Shown: positions 1-10,341, numbered from the whole stretch's first letter. The stretch: 63,238 nt of DNA, filler included, from Lenisia limosa (GCA_001655205.1; 11 parts of 11 records of this genome joined end to end with filler, not necessarily neighbours in it), one strand, 5' to 3'. The notes: generated by a model not told the origin, from the sequence alone. Translations and numbers: made by a program.

Positions 1-200
1 CCCTTCAGTCCTGCTACTAATGTGAGTTAATATAGGTAATTTTCCATGTTATTATATCATTAAACGATATATGATATTTAATTGATATATGTAATGTTAC
101 CGTTTACATACCCCTTTAGTCCTGCAACCAATGCGGGTAGATGTTGTAGTAGCCGGATATAATTGTATATAATTATGGATGTTGGAGTATAATATACCCC

Positions 201-2635
201 CAAACAACTGTTATTGAAGTACCTACTTTGGTTATTGTGCCCAGATAGATTGTATCTAACTTCTGCAGGTACGCTGGGGTGATGGGATGCGGTGCTGCAG
301 AAGCNNNNNNNNNNNNNNNNNNNNNNNNNNNNNNNNNNNNNNNNNNNNNNNNNNNNNNNNNNNNNNNNNNNNNNNNNNNNNNNNNNNNNNNNNNNNNNNN
401 NNNNNNNNNNNNNNNNNNNNNNNNNNNNNNNNNNNNNNNNNNNNNNNNNNNNNNNNNNNNNNNNNNNNNNNNNNNNTTCCGCGTCTCCGTTGCTTCCTCG
501 ATAAAAATGCCAACCACACGGCACCTACTTTTGTCAGGTTTAATGTGGGGAGGGGATAACATTTAAATATCATAGATAATTATTGTAGGACTTTGAAAAT
601 TCTCTTTATCCTCGATAATTATCGATATTGTACCGGTCTTTTTGGGACCATAGGAAAGCCCTAACTATAAGAGTTCTTATCAACTTACCTCGGCTATCTT
701 CTCAAATGGAATTGAATCCTGCTCTGCTTTAAATCTAAGAATACCTGCTTAATGTATTAGATATCAACGTAACTTCAGTCTTTTAATGAAATATTACCCA
801 ATAATCTTTTTTTGGAGTAAAGTCTTCATTGCAACTAGTATCATAGAGATCCGGCGGTTGACTTTTACACAAAGATCTCCAATCATCACAAGAGTGATTA
901 CCACCTTACCTCCTCAGTCCTTCTCAAATCTGCTTAAAGAGTAATTACCAATTTACCTCCCTAGTCTTTTTCAAATCATCACTTCATTGGACGTGTCATG
1001 AAGGCTGATATGGTGGGGGGTATGATTCATTTATAACTTGAAATTTCAAAATTCTAATCCGTATGTCAATCATCCAAGTAGGGTTTCACTTTGGTTCGAA
1101 ACTATCCAATAGTTTTCGAGAATTTATCGATAATTTTAGTCTTTTTTCGAACCAAAGTGAAGCCCAAAATATTGTGAGTCGAGAGGGTGAGTAGTGGGAA
1201 TGGGAAATATGTGCTGTACAAACCTGAAACTGTCAGAAAAATCATCTTATCTTTTAGACCTGATAAATGATCTGATCTTGTAGATCTACTCCGGGATGAT
1301 TGACTATATCATGGACCATGCCAATTTGAANNNNNNNNNNNNNNNNNNNNNNNNNNNNNNNNNNNNNNNNNNNNNNNNNNNNNNNNNNNNNNNNNNNNNN
1401 NNNNNNNNNNNNNNNNNNNNNNNNNNNNNNNNNNNNNNNNNNNNNNNNNNNNNNNNGGCACAGAAAGCTGTGTTCATAGAGTTGTAAGGCAAATGATTGG
1501 GTGAATTAATATCATTCCAATGTCTCTTACAAGTCACTATTTGGCAATCAGAATAAAAAATATCTGGCCGAAGCGGTGGGGTGCCAAATAGTGACTTAAT
1601 ACTCCCAACATAATTCTGACCTTTAGTTACCCTGCCATCATCATCCTGCACGGTGACCTTTCTGTATCACATAGTATATGATATTCTTGTACGCTGTCAG
1701 GACTTATCGCAGTCGTTGCCTGTACTTTTTAATAATGATATTTCTAAATAATGGAATAATTATTATAATAAAAATGATCAATTTGGACTAAATAATACCA
1801 ACATAACTCTGGCCTTCAAGCCAGCCGACTATCATCACAAACACTGATCTTCAAGTTACCCTGCAATCATCCTCCTGCATGGTGATCATGGCGCTGTTTG
1901 GGGAGGCGAGAGCCAACCGATCTTCAGATACAGTGCAAGTGGGGGGGGGGGGTCTCCATCGAAGCCAACAGAATTGATTATGAGTTTTTTTTCTTCATAA
2001 ATTTTCCAATTTATTCACCCTCCAGATAATAATGACATTAATACGATTTTCCTGGGGGTGATGGTCAACAACGTTCTGCATTCAGCGCACCCCGAACTTT
2101 TGTAGGGGGGGGGGTAATTAAAAATTGTTGCTTTTGTTTTGGTTTAAATTTTTGTTTTTTGTTTTGTTGCCCCCCCCCCCTCCACATAATTACAGGCACA
2201 TCAAAGATTATTAAAACAGCCCTCTTCTTTTTGTTTTATGACAACCCTCGTGTGTTGTTAACTAACAAAGTTGATTTGGGCTTCTTTTTTTTTCATAAAT
2301 TTTCCATCTTCACTCCCACTCTCCCTCCGCAGCACCAACATAGCTGGCCACAAAAACCAGGCCATATCCCACTTCGACATCGACCGAACGCTGAGACATC
2401 TTATTACCTATCCCATGGACTTTAGTGACACCTTGAGGAGTGACGAGAGTTTCAGTGTGGGTGGGGTTTGTTTTGTTTATTTTATCATTTTTCAAATTGT
2501 TTTTTTTTTTTGTTTTTTATGTTACTTTGATAACATGTCACTTTGATAATAATGTATGTAACTTTGACAAACCAACTAATTTGTTATTTTACCTCACCAA
2601 ATCAGCGAGCCAAGTCCCTGCTGTCCCCCCCTGTG
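201..2635 (+). CDS. DUF229-like / alkaline-phosphatase-superfamily protein (multi-exon, partial, boundaries approximate)
   Basis: Spliced exons ~1858-1938, 2026-2101 and 2333-2456 join in frame as YPAIILLHGDHGAVWG...LHSAHPELFTNIAGHKNQAISHFDIDRTLRHL, then RAKSLLSPL. This resembles the SDHG..RWG / T.+D+H.TL / G.SLF.P pattern of DUF229 (recognised from memory, not searched). Confidence 0.55.
269..304 (+). mobile_element. Family D (Introner-like) 5' end, starting exactly at a splice donor
   Basis: CTGCAG|GTACGCTGGGGTGATGGGATGCGGTGCTGCAGAAGC, then a gap; same head as at 3379, 10915(-) and 28440(-). Confidence 0.75.
588..661. mobile_element. MITE family A, subfamily 2, internally deleted
   Basis: TA...ATCGATATTGTACCGGTCTTTTTGGGACCATAGGAAAGCCC-TA matches the right arm of the 10342 copy. 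Confidence 0.65.
1081..1165. mobile_element. MITE family A, subfamily 1
   Basis: GGGTTTCACTTTGGTTCGAAA...TTCGAACCAAAGTGAAGCCC inverted repeats, with TA on the left. Confidence 0.8.
1966..2025 (+). mobile_element. Family D 3' end forming a splice acceptor
   Basis: AACAGAATTGATT..TTCATAAATTTTCCAATTTATTCACCCTCCAG| followed by an in-frame exon. Confidence 0.65.
2233..2332 (+). mobile_element. Family D 3' part forming branch point and acceptor
   Basis: CAACCCTCGTGTGTTGTTAACTAACAAAGTTGATTTGGGCTT..TTTCCATCTTCACTCCC..CCGCAG| followed by an in-frame exon. Confidence 0.75.
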
Positions 2636-3109
2636 GTATGCTGGAGTGATTGGAGGAAATTCATCAAGGGATATGGGGCTTTTCAGAGAATTTTGTACAT
2701 AATGTACCTTTGAAATAGGTGAGCTTTTTTTGTGCACCTATGTGCTTATATTTGGTTTATAATTATGTGTGCTTGAGCTTTATATTGTTTCCATTTTCCA
2801 TCCTCCCCTCCCCCACAACATTTTCGTTCTTCTTTTTCATTAACTTCATACACACACACACACCAACATTTTATTCGTAGGAGAACTTACTGACAAGTTG
2901 TAATGATACTCTCTGATACTCGGTTTCAACTACCGTGTTATCTTCGTTCATCATTTCGACTTGAAAGTCGATCATATCACTTGTGGATATGTTAGCATTT
3001 CCGTTTATAATCCCACACAGCAGCGGAAATGCGGGGATGCCTGGGTAGAGAAGAAGAGTTGTCCGTGTAAGGAAGTTTCGATGGACGGCATCAAGCCGCC
3101 GCCCCCGAT

Positions 3110-3305
3110 TTACAGTGATAAAGTGGGGAAGGGTCAATAGATATTCAGTGATAAAGTGGCGATTTTAGACAGATATTTTCAGTGATAGTGTTGGAGATAA
3201 ATAGATATAATATATGTATATATGTAATTTCCAGTGATAGTGTTTATTTACAGTGATATGGTGGAGATTTTAGATAGATATTTACAGTGACAGGTGGGAG
3301 ATAAA
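3110..3305. repeat. Degenerate minisatellite (AGATATT(T)CAGTGATA..GTGG) x ~6
   Basis: Repeated CAGTGATA core seen directly. Confidence 0.6.
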
Positions 3306-3378
3306 GAAATGTACATATGTATACAACAGCGATAAGTGAGGGGGCGTGAGAAATTTTCTTCGTCTTACCCCCCTCCCC

Positions 3379-3517
3379 GATGGGATGCGGTGCTGCAGAA
3401 GCGGCTGGCCTGGGCTTTATTTGTTTTGTTGTTACCAACCCTGTGTTGTTGTCTGCTAACAGAGTTGATTTTCGGCTTTTTTATTTCATACATTTCCCAA
3501 TTTTACTCCCCGCCTAG
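3379..3517 (+). mobile_element. Family D near-complete, ungapped copy ending at a splice acceptor
   Basis: GATGGGATGCGGTGCTGCAGAAGCGGCTGGCCTGGGCTTTATTTGTTTTG...GCTAACAGAGTTGATTTTCGGC...TTTTACTCCCCGCCTAG| then exon EIQTRAIAYLEEAITASS. Confidence 0.8.
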
Positions 3518-4289
3518 GAAATTCAGACCAGGGCAATAGCGTACCTCGAAGAAGCCATAACAGCATCTTCGTCCTTGTTCAACCCGGGACACTCTTGCCA
3601 AACAAGCAGCCTTGCTTTTGACGTTGTGAAAGTGAGGAGGGTTGGTTGAATTGGAGGTAGGGCTTGAATTTCTTGATAAATCCTCGAAAACTGTCGATAT
3701 TTTGCCGGTATTTTCCGAACTGAAGTGAAGTCCTCATTGGAGGTGTGGGATTAAGTGATGATTTTTAATTTGGGGTAAGCTTAATAATCAGAAGCTTAAT
3801 AATCAAAGAAAGAACGAATCAAAGATTCAGGAAACTATAAAGATGACGACATACATATGTTAATCGCANNNNNNNNNNNNNNNNNNNNNNNNNNNNNNNN
3901 NNNNNNNNNNNNNNNNNNNNNNNNNNNNNNNNNNNNNNNNNNNNNNNNTTTAGAACAGATTTGATTTGGGCTTTTTTTTTGTTTTGTTTCATCACTTTTC
4001 CAATTTTACCCGCAACCTGCAGGTGGAGTCGTCTGTAGATAATCTTGCATCTGGAGATTTAGCCCCACTTTTCCAAGATGTGTGTATGGGACACTTTCCT
4101 TATTAGGATGTTTATACGGGACACTTATTCGGATACTATATGCATATTACATTGTTTATATCTACATATGCATATATATACGATCATATGTATTTTGCAA
4201 TCCCCACCTTTTGTATAATCCCCCCAGGTGTACGTTGTAGACGTGGTAGTCAAGGGGGTGCCAGGCAGAACCTCAGAAAACGCCATCAT
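3518..4289 (+). CDS. Hypothetical protein exons (same gene as the DUF229-like one or the next)
   Basis: GT-AG-bounded open exons 3518-3631 (EIQTRAIAYLEE..), 4023-4079 (VESSVDNLASG..) and ~4228-4289 (VYVVDVVVKGVPG..). Confidence 0.45.
3660..3734. mobile_element. MITE family A, left-arm-deleted copy
   Basis: TA-GGGCTT..GAATTTCTTGATAAATCCTCGAAAACTGTCGATATT..CCGAACTGAAGTGAAGTCC. Confidence 0.7.
3950..4022 (+). mobile_element. Family D 3' end forming a splice acceptor
   Basis: AACAGATTTGATTTGGGCTTTT..TTTTCCAATTTTACCCGCAACCTGCAG| exon. Confidence 0.7.
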
Positions 4290-4850
4290 GTGGGGAGTGG
4301 ACAAATAAAAAAACACCGATCATCCAATATTAATTTTTCTGTGAGCTAACAAGAAGGGGGGATGGGGGGAGTGACAAATAAAGCCGACAATTAATAACTC
4401 TGTTAGCAACAAGACTCGAACTCAGAGTATCTCGCTTTAACTTCTTTTTTCCAACCTATGTTCACTTTTTAGTTTCCAACTGACCATCAACTTCGTTAGC
4501 CCGGACCAGGTAAGCAAGATTTAGAGATGAGAAATAAAACTATGGTCAGTCCCCCTTGTTTTTTTTTTGTTTGTTTGTTTGTTTGTTTATTTGGAGTTTC
4601 AGACAGATTATCAACATTTCCTCCGTTAACTCTCTCTCCCCCCTAGAAGTTCCGCGGAGAAGACAGGCAACGATCCATGTGGAACAACCTTATTAGTGAA
4701 TACGCAGTGGGTGTGGAACAACCTTATTATTATTATATTATACTAGGGGAAACAACCTTATTATATATGTATATTTATGTATATGAACGATAAATCTTCG
4801 AAAATTAATTATATTATACTTAGGGTGTGGAACAACCTTATTATATACTA

Positions 4851-4925
4851 CAGTGACCGGGAAGTCTTGACCTATTTTCCTTGGGAAATCATAGAGCAAA
4901 TCGGTCAAGACTTATCCGGTCACTC
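4851..4925. mobile_element. MITE family C (75 bp)
   Basis: TA-CAGTGACCGGGAAGTCTTGAC...GTCAAGACTTATCCGGTCACTC-TA; near-identical copy at 7406. Confidence 0.85.
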
Positions 4926-6223
4926 TACATAAAATAACAATGAAATGCACAAAATGGTTTATTCTGATTGTCCAGGACGCAGACCTTCGGTTCATCAAGA
5001 CTAGCCAAAAGCTGCAATATGGTAATAAATTAGGCTGTTATTCTGGGGGTGGGAGGGATGTGTTTTGCTTGTGTGCTGTTTAATTGTTTCGTGTTTCATA
5101 TATAGCTCAGGATGTATTTCTTTTTCTTGTCCACAACAAAAGGACCTGGGTGGAGGTAGGGGTTCACTGGTCCGAAAAAATACTGAATTAAGATAAGTCC
5201 TTGAAAACCATGGATATATTTATATATAATCATAATATGGCTCAACAAAATGAGATATGAAAAAGTACAAACTGGTGAAAATAACCTATAATTTTGGTTT
5301 CAGTTTTTAATAAAACGGAACTGGAACTGAAAAAAACGTTAAACTTTAAATTGTGTAAGATACATCATACACAAGAAGAATAGTCCTAAATAAAAAAAAC
5401 CAGCAAATGGATATGATATATTATAAACATCTTCATTCTTTGAAGTGTCTCTCTCGCAAACCAAACAAATCAACCTGGTTAGGGTCCATTTTGAGGAAAG
5501 ATAAGATGCTCAATGAAAGATTATAGTGGTTGTTTCTGGTAGCTTGATGCATCAGAAGTTGGGAAGGCTAGAGGAGTAAGCGTGCTTGGTTTAAATTTGG
5601 GTAAAACAGGACCACAGGCCAAGGGGGGGAGAACTATATAGAAACATGGCTCCGCCATGATTCGCGATCCACGCCGTGATTGCGTCAAGAATTCATAATT
5701 AAAAAATTGAGGAGTTGAATGTCGGAGATGTCCGAATAATACAATTTGTGACCTTATATGATAAGTGTGATAGTTGAAAAAGTTTGGATACACGTTTAAA
5801 AAAGATATTGGATTAGAATCTGGCCAACGCCGTCCACACCATCACGTTAAAGGGATAATGGAGATAGCTTCCCTCCTGCTGATAGTACAATTAATACCCA
5901 GTAGAATAATAGAAATACATCTCAAATGGGGGACACTAAAGCCCTCATAAACATAAGAAACAACCAAANNNNNNNNNNNNNNNNNNNNNNNNNNNNNNNN
6001 NNNNNNNNNNNNTTAATTAATTAANNNNNNNNNNNNNNNNNNNNNNNNNNNNNNNNNNNNNNNNNNNNGAATGCATGAAGAGGGGGGGGGGTGCCTTCGT
6101 AAAACATCACTAAATAAATATCAAATCATTTCATATGTACCCAATTTACCAAAATAATATCACACAAACCTCCGCCAGAATCAGCTTTTGACTGTACGTA
6201 TGCACTCTTGCTTTGCCCCTATT

Positions 6224-6330
6224 ATGTAAGAAGTAATCTTCACGATCATATGATCACAACTTGAGTTGCACCTATTGTGTAAGAAGTAATCTTCACGATC
6301 ATATGATCACAACTTGAGTTGCACCTATTT
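6224..6330. repeat. ~53 bp tandem duplication x2
   Basis: CCTATT(A/G)TGTAAGAAGTAATCTTCACGATCATATGATCACAACTTGAGTTGCA occurs twice. Confidence 0.9.
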
Positions 6331-6424
6331 TATGAGAAATTGGAAACTTAACTGTTTTCTATTGATCCTAAAGATGAATTAAACATTAAAAATCATAAAG
6401 ATAATTTGTAGTGTTTTCCCTTAC

Positions 6425-7673
6425 GTTTGGAGGTTCACAATTGAACTTGGCAAACCAGTTGTGCTCTCAAACGCGGGATATAGGCTAAAGTGTTACAGGG
6501 GTAAGATACCATGTCGTAGATGAATATAAGGATAAATGATAAGGGTATAAGGGGCTCCAATGAGCGCGGGCGCGGAAGCATGGTAGTTTGTTTATGGTAG
6601 CAATCTTCTTAATCGAAATTAATTTCCTTCGTTTACCTCCCCCCCCCCCCCNNNNNNNNNNNNNNNNNNNNNNNNNNNNNNNNNNNNNNNNNNNNNNNNN
6701 NNNNNNNNNNNNNNNTTAGGGTGTAGGCCCCTAGTAAGCCGCCAACATAGCGAATGATGAACTCGAAAACAAAAGCGTCGTGGTTCTAAGGGAATTATAT
6801 GACGTTTTTGAAAATATGAAAGAAAGAAGAAAGAAGAAAGAAGAGGCCTTCTGGTTTTGAGAATAATTAGAGAGGAAAAGAAGAACAGTGAAGACACATA
6901 GAAAACACCTACTTTATTAATATCAAACGTGTTCTTCACGAAGTCTCGAGCCTAAAATGTTAGCAGAATTGGGTGCTTTTACCTTTTTCATGTTATTTAT
7001 TGTGATAGTTTGATATTGTTTTAATAATAGTGTTTGTTAGGAGAATTTGGGTGATCTGAGTGATCTGAGTGAAGCTCAGGACCAGCCTTGTCAATATAGG
7101 ACTTAAAAAGAAATTCAATTTTTTGGAGATAAGGTATTTGATAGACCAACCTTGTCAATATGGGGCTTGAACTCAGGGTAGTCAATTGAGATAAGAAGCA
7201 TGGTGTCGAGACCGTCCACAATAGTTGCACCAAAATGCCCCCTGGGTTGGAATAAGAGATGAACCAAATATCAAAATCGGCACAAAATATGTACTACATA
7301 GCGCTTCACATAGGTTCCAAAAAGACGGATAATAAAGAAAAAAACCTCGAAAACTATCGAAATTATCTGGCCTTTTTCGGAATGGGGCGAAGCCCTTAAG
7401 TAATACAGTGACCGAGGTAAGTCTTGACGTATTTTCCTTGGGAAATCATAGTAAATCGGTCAAGACTTATCCCGGCCACTGTATACTATCCAAAATTAAG
7501 ATAAGAAATGAAACATGTCAAACAGAATACTTTGACTATAATCAGACAACTTCCCTCTTAATTCACCTTTGCAGTACCCCCCACCATCGGTCTTCGGGTT
7601 GGTTGGTGGTGGCGATCAACTCGTCGTGACCAAAGGCGTATTTGTCATATCCGGTCCAAGCATGCCAGAAAGC
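6425..7673 (-). CDS. Glycoside hydrolase family 47 alpha-1,2-mannosidase (partial, multi-exon)
   Basis: Exons AFWHAWTGYDKYAFGHDEL, FGATIVDGLDTMLL, FVFEFIIRYVGGLLGAYTL and LYPAFESTTGLPSSIVNL are hallmark GH47 motifs in the right order. Confidence 0.9.
7406..7481. mobile_element. MITE family C (76 bp), next to a family A right arm (~7340-7395)
   Basis: TA-CAGTGACCGAGGTAAGTCTTGAC...GTCAAGACTTATCCCGGCCACTG-TA. Confidence 0.85.
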
Positions 7674-8009
7674 CTGCATATTGTTAAGGGGGGGGGGAGT
7701 AAAACGAAGGACATTTCGATGAAGAATATTGGCATNNNNNNNNNNNNNNNNNNNNNNNNNNNNNNNNNNNNNNNNNNNNTTAATTAATTAANNNNNNNNN
7801 NNNNNNNNNNNNNNNNNNNNNNNNNNNNNNNNNNNCAATAAAGCTCAACATCACCTCTGTTAATTGAACAATTTATGAAACAACAAAGCCCACTTGTTGG
7901 CTGACAATAAAATTGGAATATATATATATCTATGACTCAACAAAGCCCAAACCAGAGTTTATTTGGTGGTGGTGGTGGGGGGGTATGATGGAGCTTGAGG
8001 TTAAAAGTA

Positions 8010-8106
8010 GGGCTTCACTTCGGTTCGAAAAAGACCGTTACAATATCGATAGTTTTTCGAGGATTTATCGAGAAATTAAGTTTTTTTACGAACCGAAGTG
8101 AAGCCC
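8010..8106. mobile_element. MITE family A, subfamily 1, full length
   Basis: TA-GGGCTTCACTTCGGTTCGAAAAAGAC...CGAACCGAAGTGAAGCCC-TA: long TIR and TA target duplication. Confidence 0.9.
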
Positions 8107-8124
8107 TACCAATAACCCCTCACC

Positions 8125-9885
8125 CCCTCACCTCTAGCAGCAGTCCGTCCTCCGTCACGGCATTGAAAATCAGCACGGTGGCCTCCATGTCGGCTGTCTG
8201 TTGCTTCCGACTCACTGACACGGCCGTTGTTGAGAAGTCGCCTGTGCCTTCCATTCTGGCAGGGGGGGGGGGTAAANNNNNNNNNNNNNNNNNNNNNNNN
8301 NNNNNNNNNNNNNNNNNNNNNNNNNNNNNNNNNNNNNNNNNNNNNNNNNNNNNNNNNNNNNNNNNNAACAAACTCTGAGATACAAAGGAGATTTCATTGT
8401 GGGGGTGAGGGGAAAATAAACAAGTAAATAGTGGGGGTGGAGATTCATGGAACAAAAAAAACCCCTCAATAACCCTATTGTTAAAATATGGTTATAAACA
8501 CCCCACGTTTCTTGCAATACTAGATATGATATATCATTTACCCCCCCACTTGTGCATTGTCACTTTGTGCTGGGGGGTCCACCCGGTGGGAGCTTCGGAA
8601 CCCGCAACCACGGAAGTGACTGAGATCTGAGATCGGAAGAGATCCTTAAGATCGGCTACGGCGCGAAGGTCCCAGATCATTACTGGATGGTGATGATGGA
8701 ACAAGTTTTTTTTTTTCACAAAAGAGAAATTTTCCATAATATTGCCATTTCTGATATGATGAACTTAAGAAAAGCTTTCACCCGCATGATGGTTGAGGAA
8801 GACATGAAACAAGAAAATAAGATGGCTGCAATTAGGGCTTCACGCTATCGATATATATATACTATATCATATCGAGGGTTTATCGAGAAATATAGTCTTT
8901 TTTTGAACAAAAGTGGAGCCCTAGCTGCATTTTTTTTAGTTGCAAAAAAGGCAGTCCAGCTCACCAGAGCCGTCGGTAGCAGTGGTCATAAATTGGCAAC
9001 ATTCCTCATGAGGAAGGTTGGTGAGCGAGCCATCAGTTTCCATCTGGCGTATTAGTGTTGAAATCAAAAAAAAACAAAAAAAAAAAACAAACACTAAATC
9101 CAATGCTNNNNNNNNNNNNNNNNNNNNNNNNNNNNNNNNNNNNNNNNNNNNNNNNNNNNNNNNNNNNNNNNNNNNNNNNNNNNNNNNNNNNNNNNNNNNN
9201 NNNNNNNNNTGGGAGGACTCAAGGCTGAAAAGTAATCAAGGGTAGGCAAGGGTAAGCAAGGGAAGCAAGAGTAATCAAGGTAAGCAAGGGTAACTAAGAG
9301 AGCTTCACATTCAAAATGCATGCAAAATATCGAAATTTACCGATTTGGTGACGATTTATCGAAAATTCAGTCTTTTTTAAGAACTGAAAGCGAAGCCCTA
9401 GAAATCAAGGGTGGCAGCTATCCGATGAAAGTTATGATAGAGAGGAATTCATCGTATGCGGGCATAACTATCATATTACTATAATATCTTGCTGTGATCC
9501 AACAAGCTAACTTTGAGATGATGATAGGGGAGCCGCGAGGGACTTGTCGCCTCCTTTGGTCCTCTTCCGAAGCCTCATAGAGCTGGGCTGCAGGCTGATG
9601 GGCGGCCTGGGTGTCAGGATAGGAATATGGGTGCTAATCAAATATCTCTTGAGAGCGCGCTGGTGTGGACAGCTTCGGCCAGATATTATCTATTGTTATT
9701 TCTCATCTCTGCAGATACATATATGATATACTCATATAATGGCAATGAGAAATAAAAAAATAAGGTTGTATCTGACCGAGGCCGTCCACACCATCACGCA
9801 TGGAGGAATCCTAACCCACTTGGTAGGTGTGGTGCGAAGACGCGACTGATTTGGTGGGACTTCTTCGACCTAAAAGGGTCAAAAA
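8125..9885 (-). CDS. Hypothetical multi-exon protein (partial)
   Basis: Several open exons preceded by C-run+AG on the minus strand (METDGSLTNLPHEECC.., IWDLRAVADLKDLFRSQ..); no family recognised. Confidence 0.4.
8835..8921. mobile_element. MITE family A
   Basis: TA-GGGCTTCAC...GTGGAGCCC-TA with the GGTTTATCGAGAAAT core. Confidence 0.75.
9300..9398. mobile_element. MITE family A, diverged
   Basis: GAGCTTCAC...GATTTATCGAAAATTCAGTCTTTTTT...GAAGCCC-TA. Confidence 0.7.
9625..9800. mobile_element. Two family B elements, head-to-head
   Basis: Minus copy ~9625-9712 (ATATCTCTT..TGGTGTGGACAGCTTCGGCCAGATA..TTATTTCTCATCTC) and plus copy ~9743-9798 (ATGAGAAATAAAA..GTTGTATCTGACCGAGGCCGTCCACACCATCACG). 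Confidence 0.75.
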
Positions 9886-10201
9886 GTCAACAAAAAGTGC
9901 GGGTAGGAGCATGTGTAGGGGGGGGGGGGGGGNNNNNNNNNNNNNNNNNNNNNNNNNNNNNNNNNNNNNNNNNNNNNNNNNNNNNNNNNNNNNNNNNNNN
10001 NNNNNNNNNNNNNNNNNNNNNNNNNNNNNNNNNNNNNNNNNNNNNNNNNNNNNNNNNNNNNNNNNNNNNNNNNNNTTTCCACGCAGTGATATGATACCTA
10101 ATATCCAGTTGTGTGATAATTGACCGACAAATCTCAATGATACTTTGGTACACTCAGGATGAAGCCTCGTACTTGTCGGTTTTATGATCGTATCATTAAT
10201 A

Positions 10202-10291
10202 GAGCTTCACTTCGGTTCGAAAGGAATTTCTCGATAAATCCTCGATAAATCCTCGAAAACTATCGATATTTTCCCGAACCGAAGTGAAACC
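10202..10291. mobile_element. MITE family A, subfamily 1
   Basis: GAGCTTCACTTCGGTTCGAAA...CCGAACCGAAGTGAAACC, TA flanks. Confidence 0.85.
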
Positions 10292-10341
10292 ATAATCATT
10301 AGTGAATATGAGTCGTCAACATATCTTAACAATCATTATTA

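Noticed and set aside
2871-3137. 88-aa minus-strand ORF
   Set aside because: Flanking splice signals indicate a plus-strand gene, no motif was recognised, and the strand could not be resolved.
6013-6024. TTAATTAATTAA flanked by N runs, recurring 10 times
   Set aside because: Artificial six-frame-stop linker used to concatenate scaffolds. It is not biological and breaks synteny at each occurrence.
8687-9055. 122-aa plus-strand ORF reading through a MITE
   Set aside because: Splice signals show the gene here is on the minus strand with the MITE in an intron; the open frame is probably chance.
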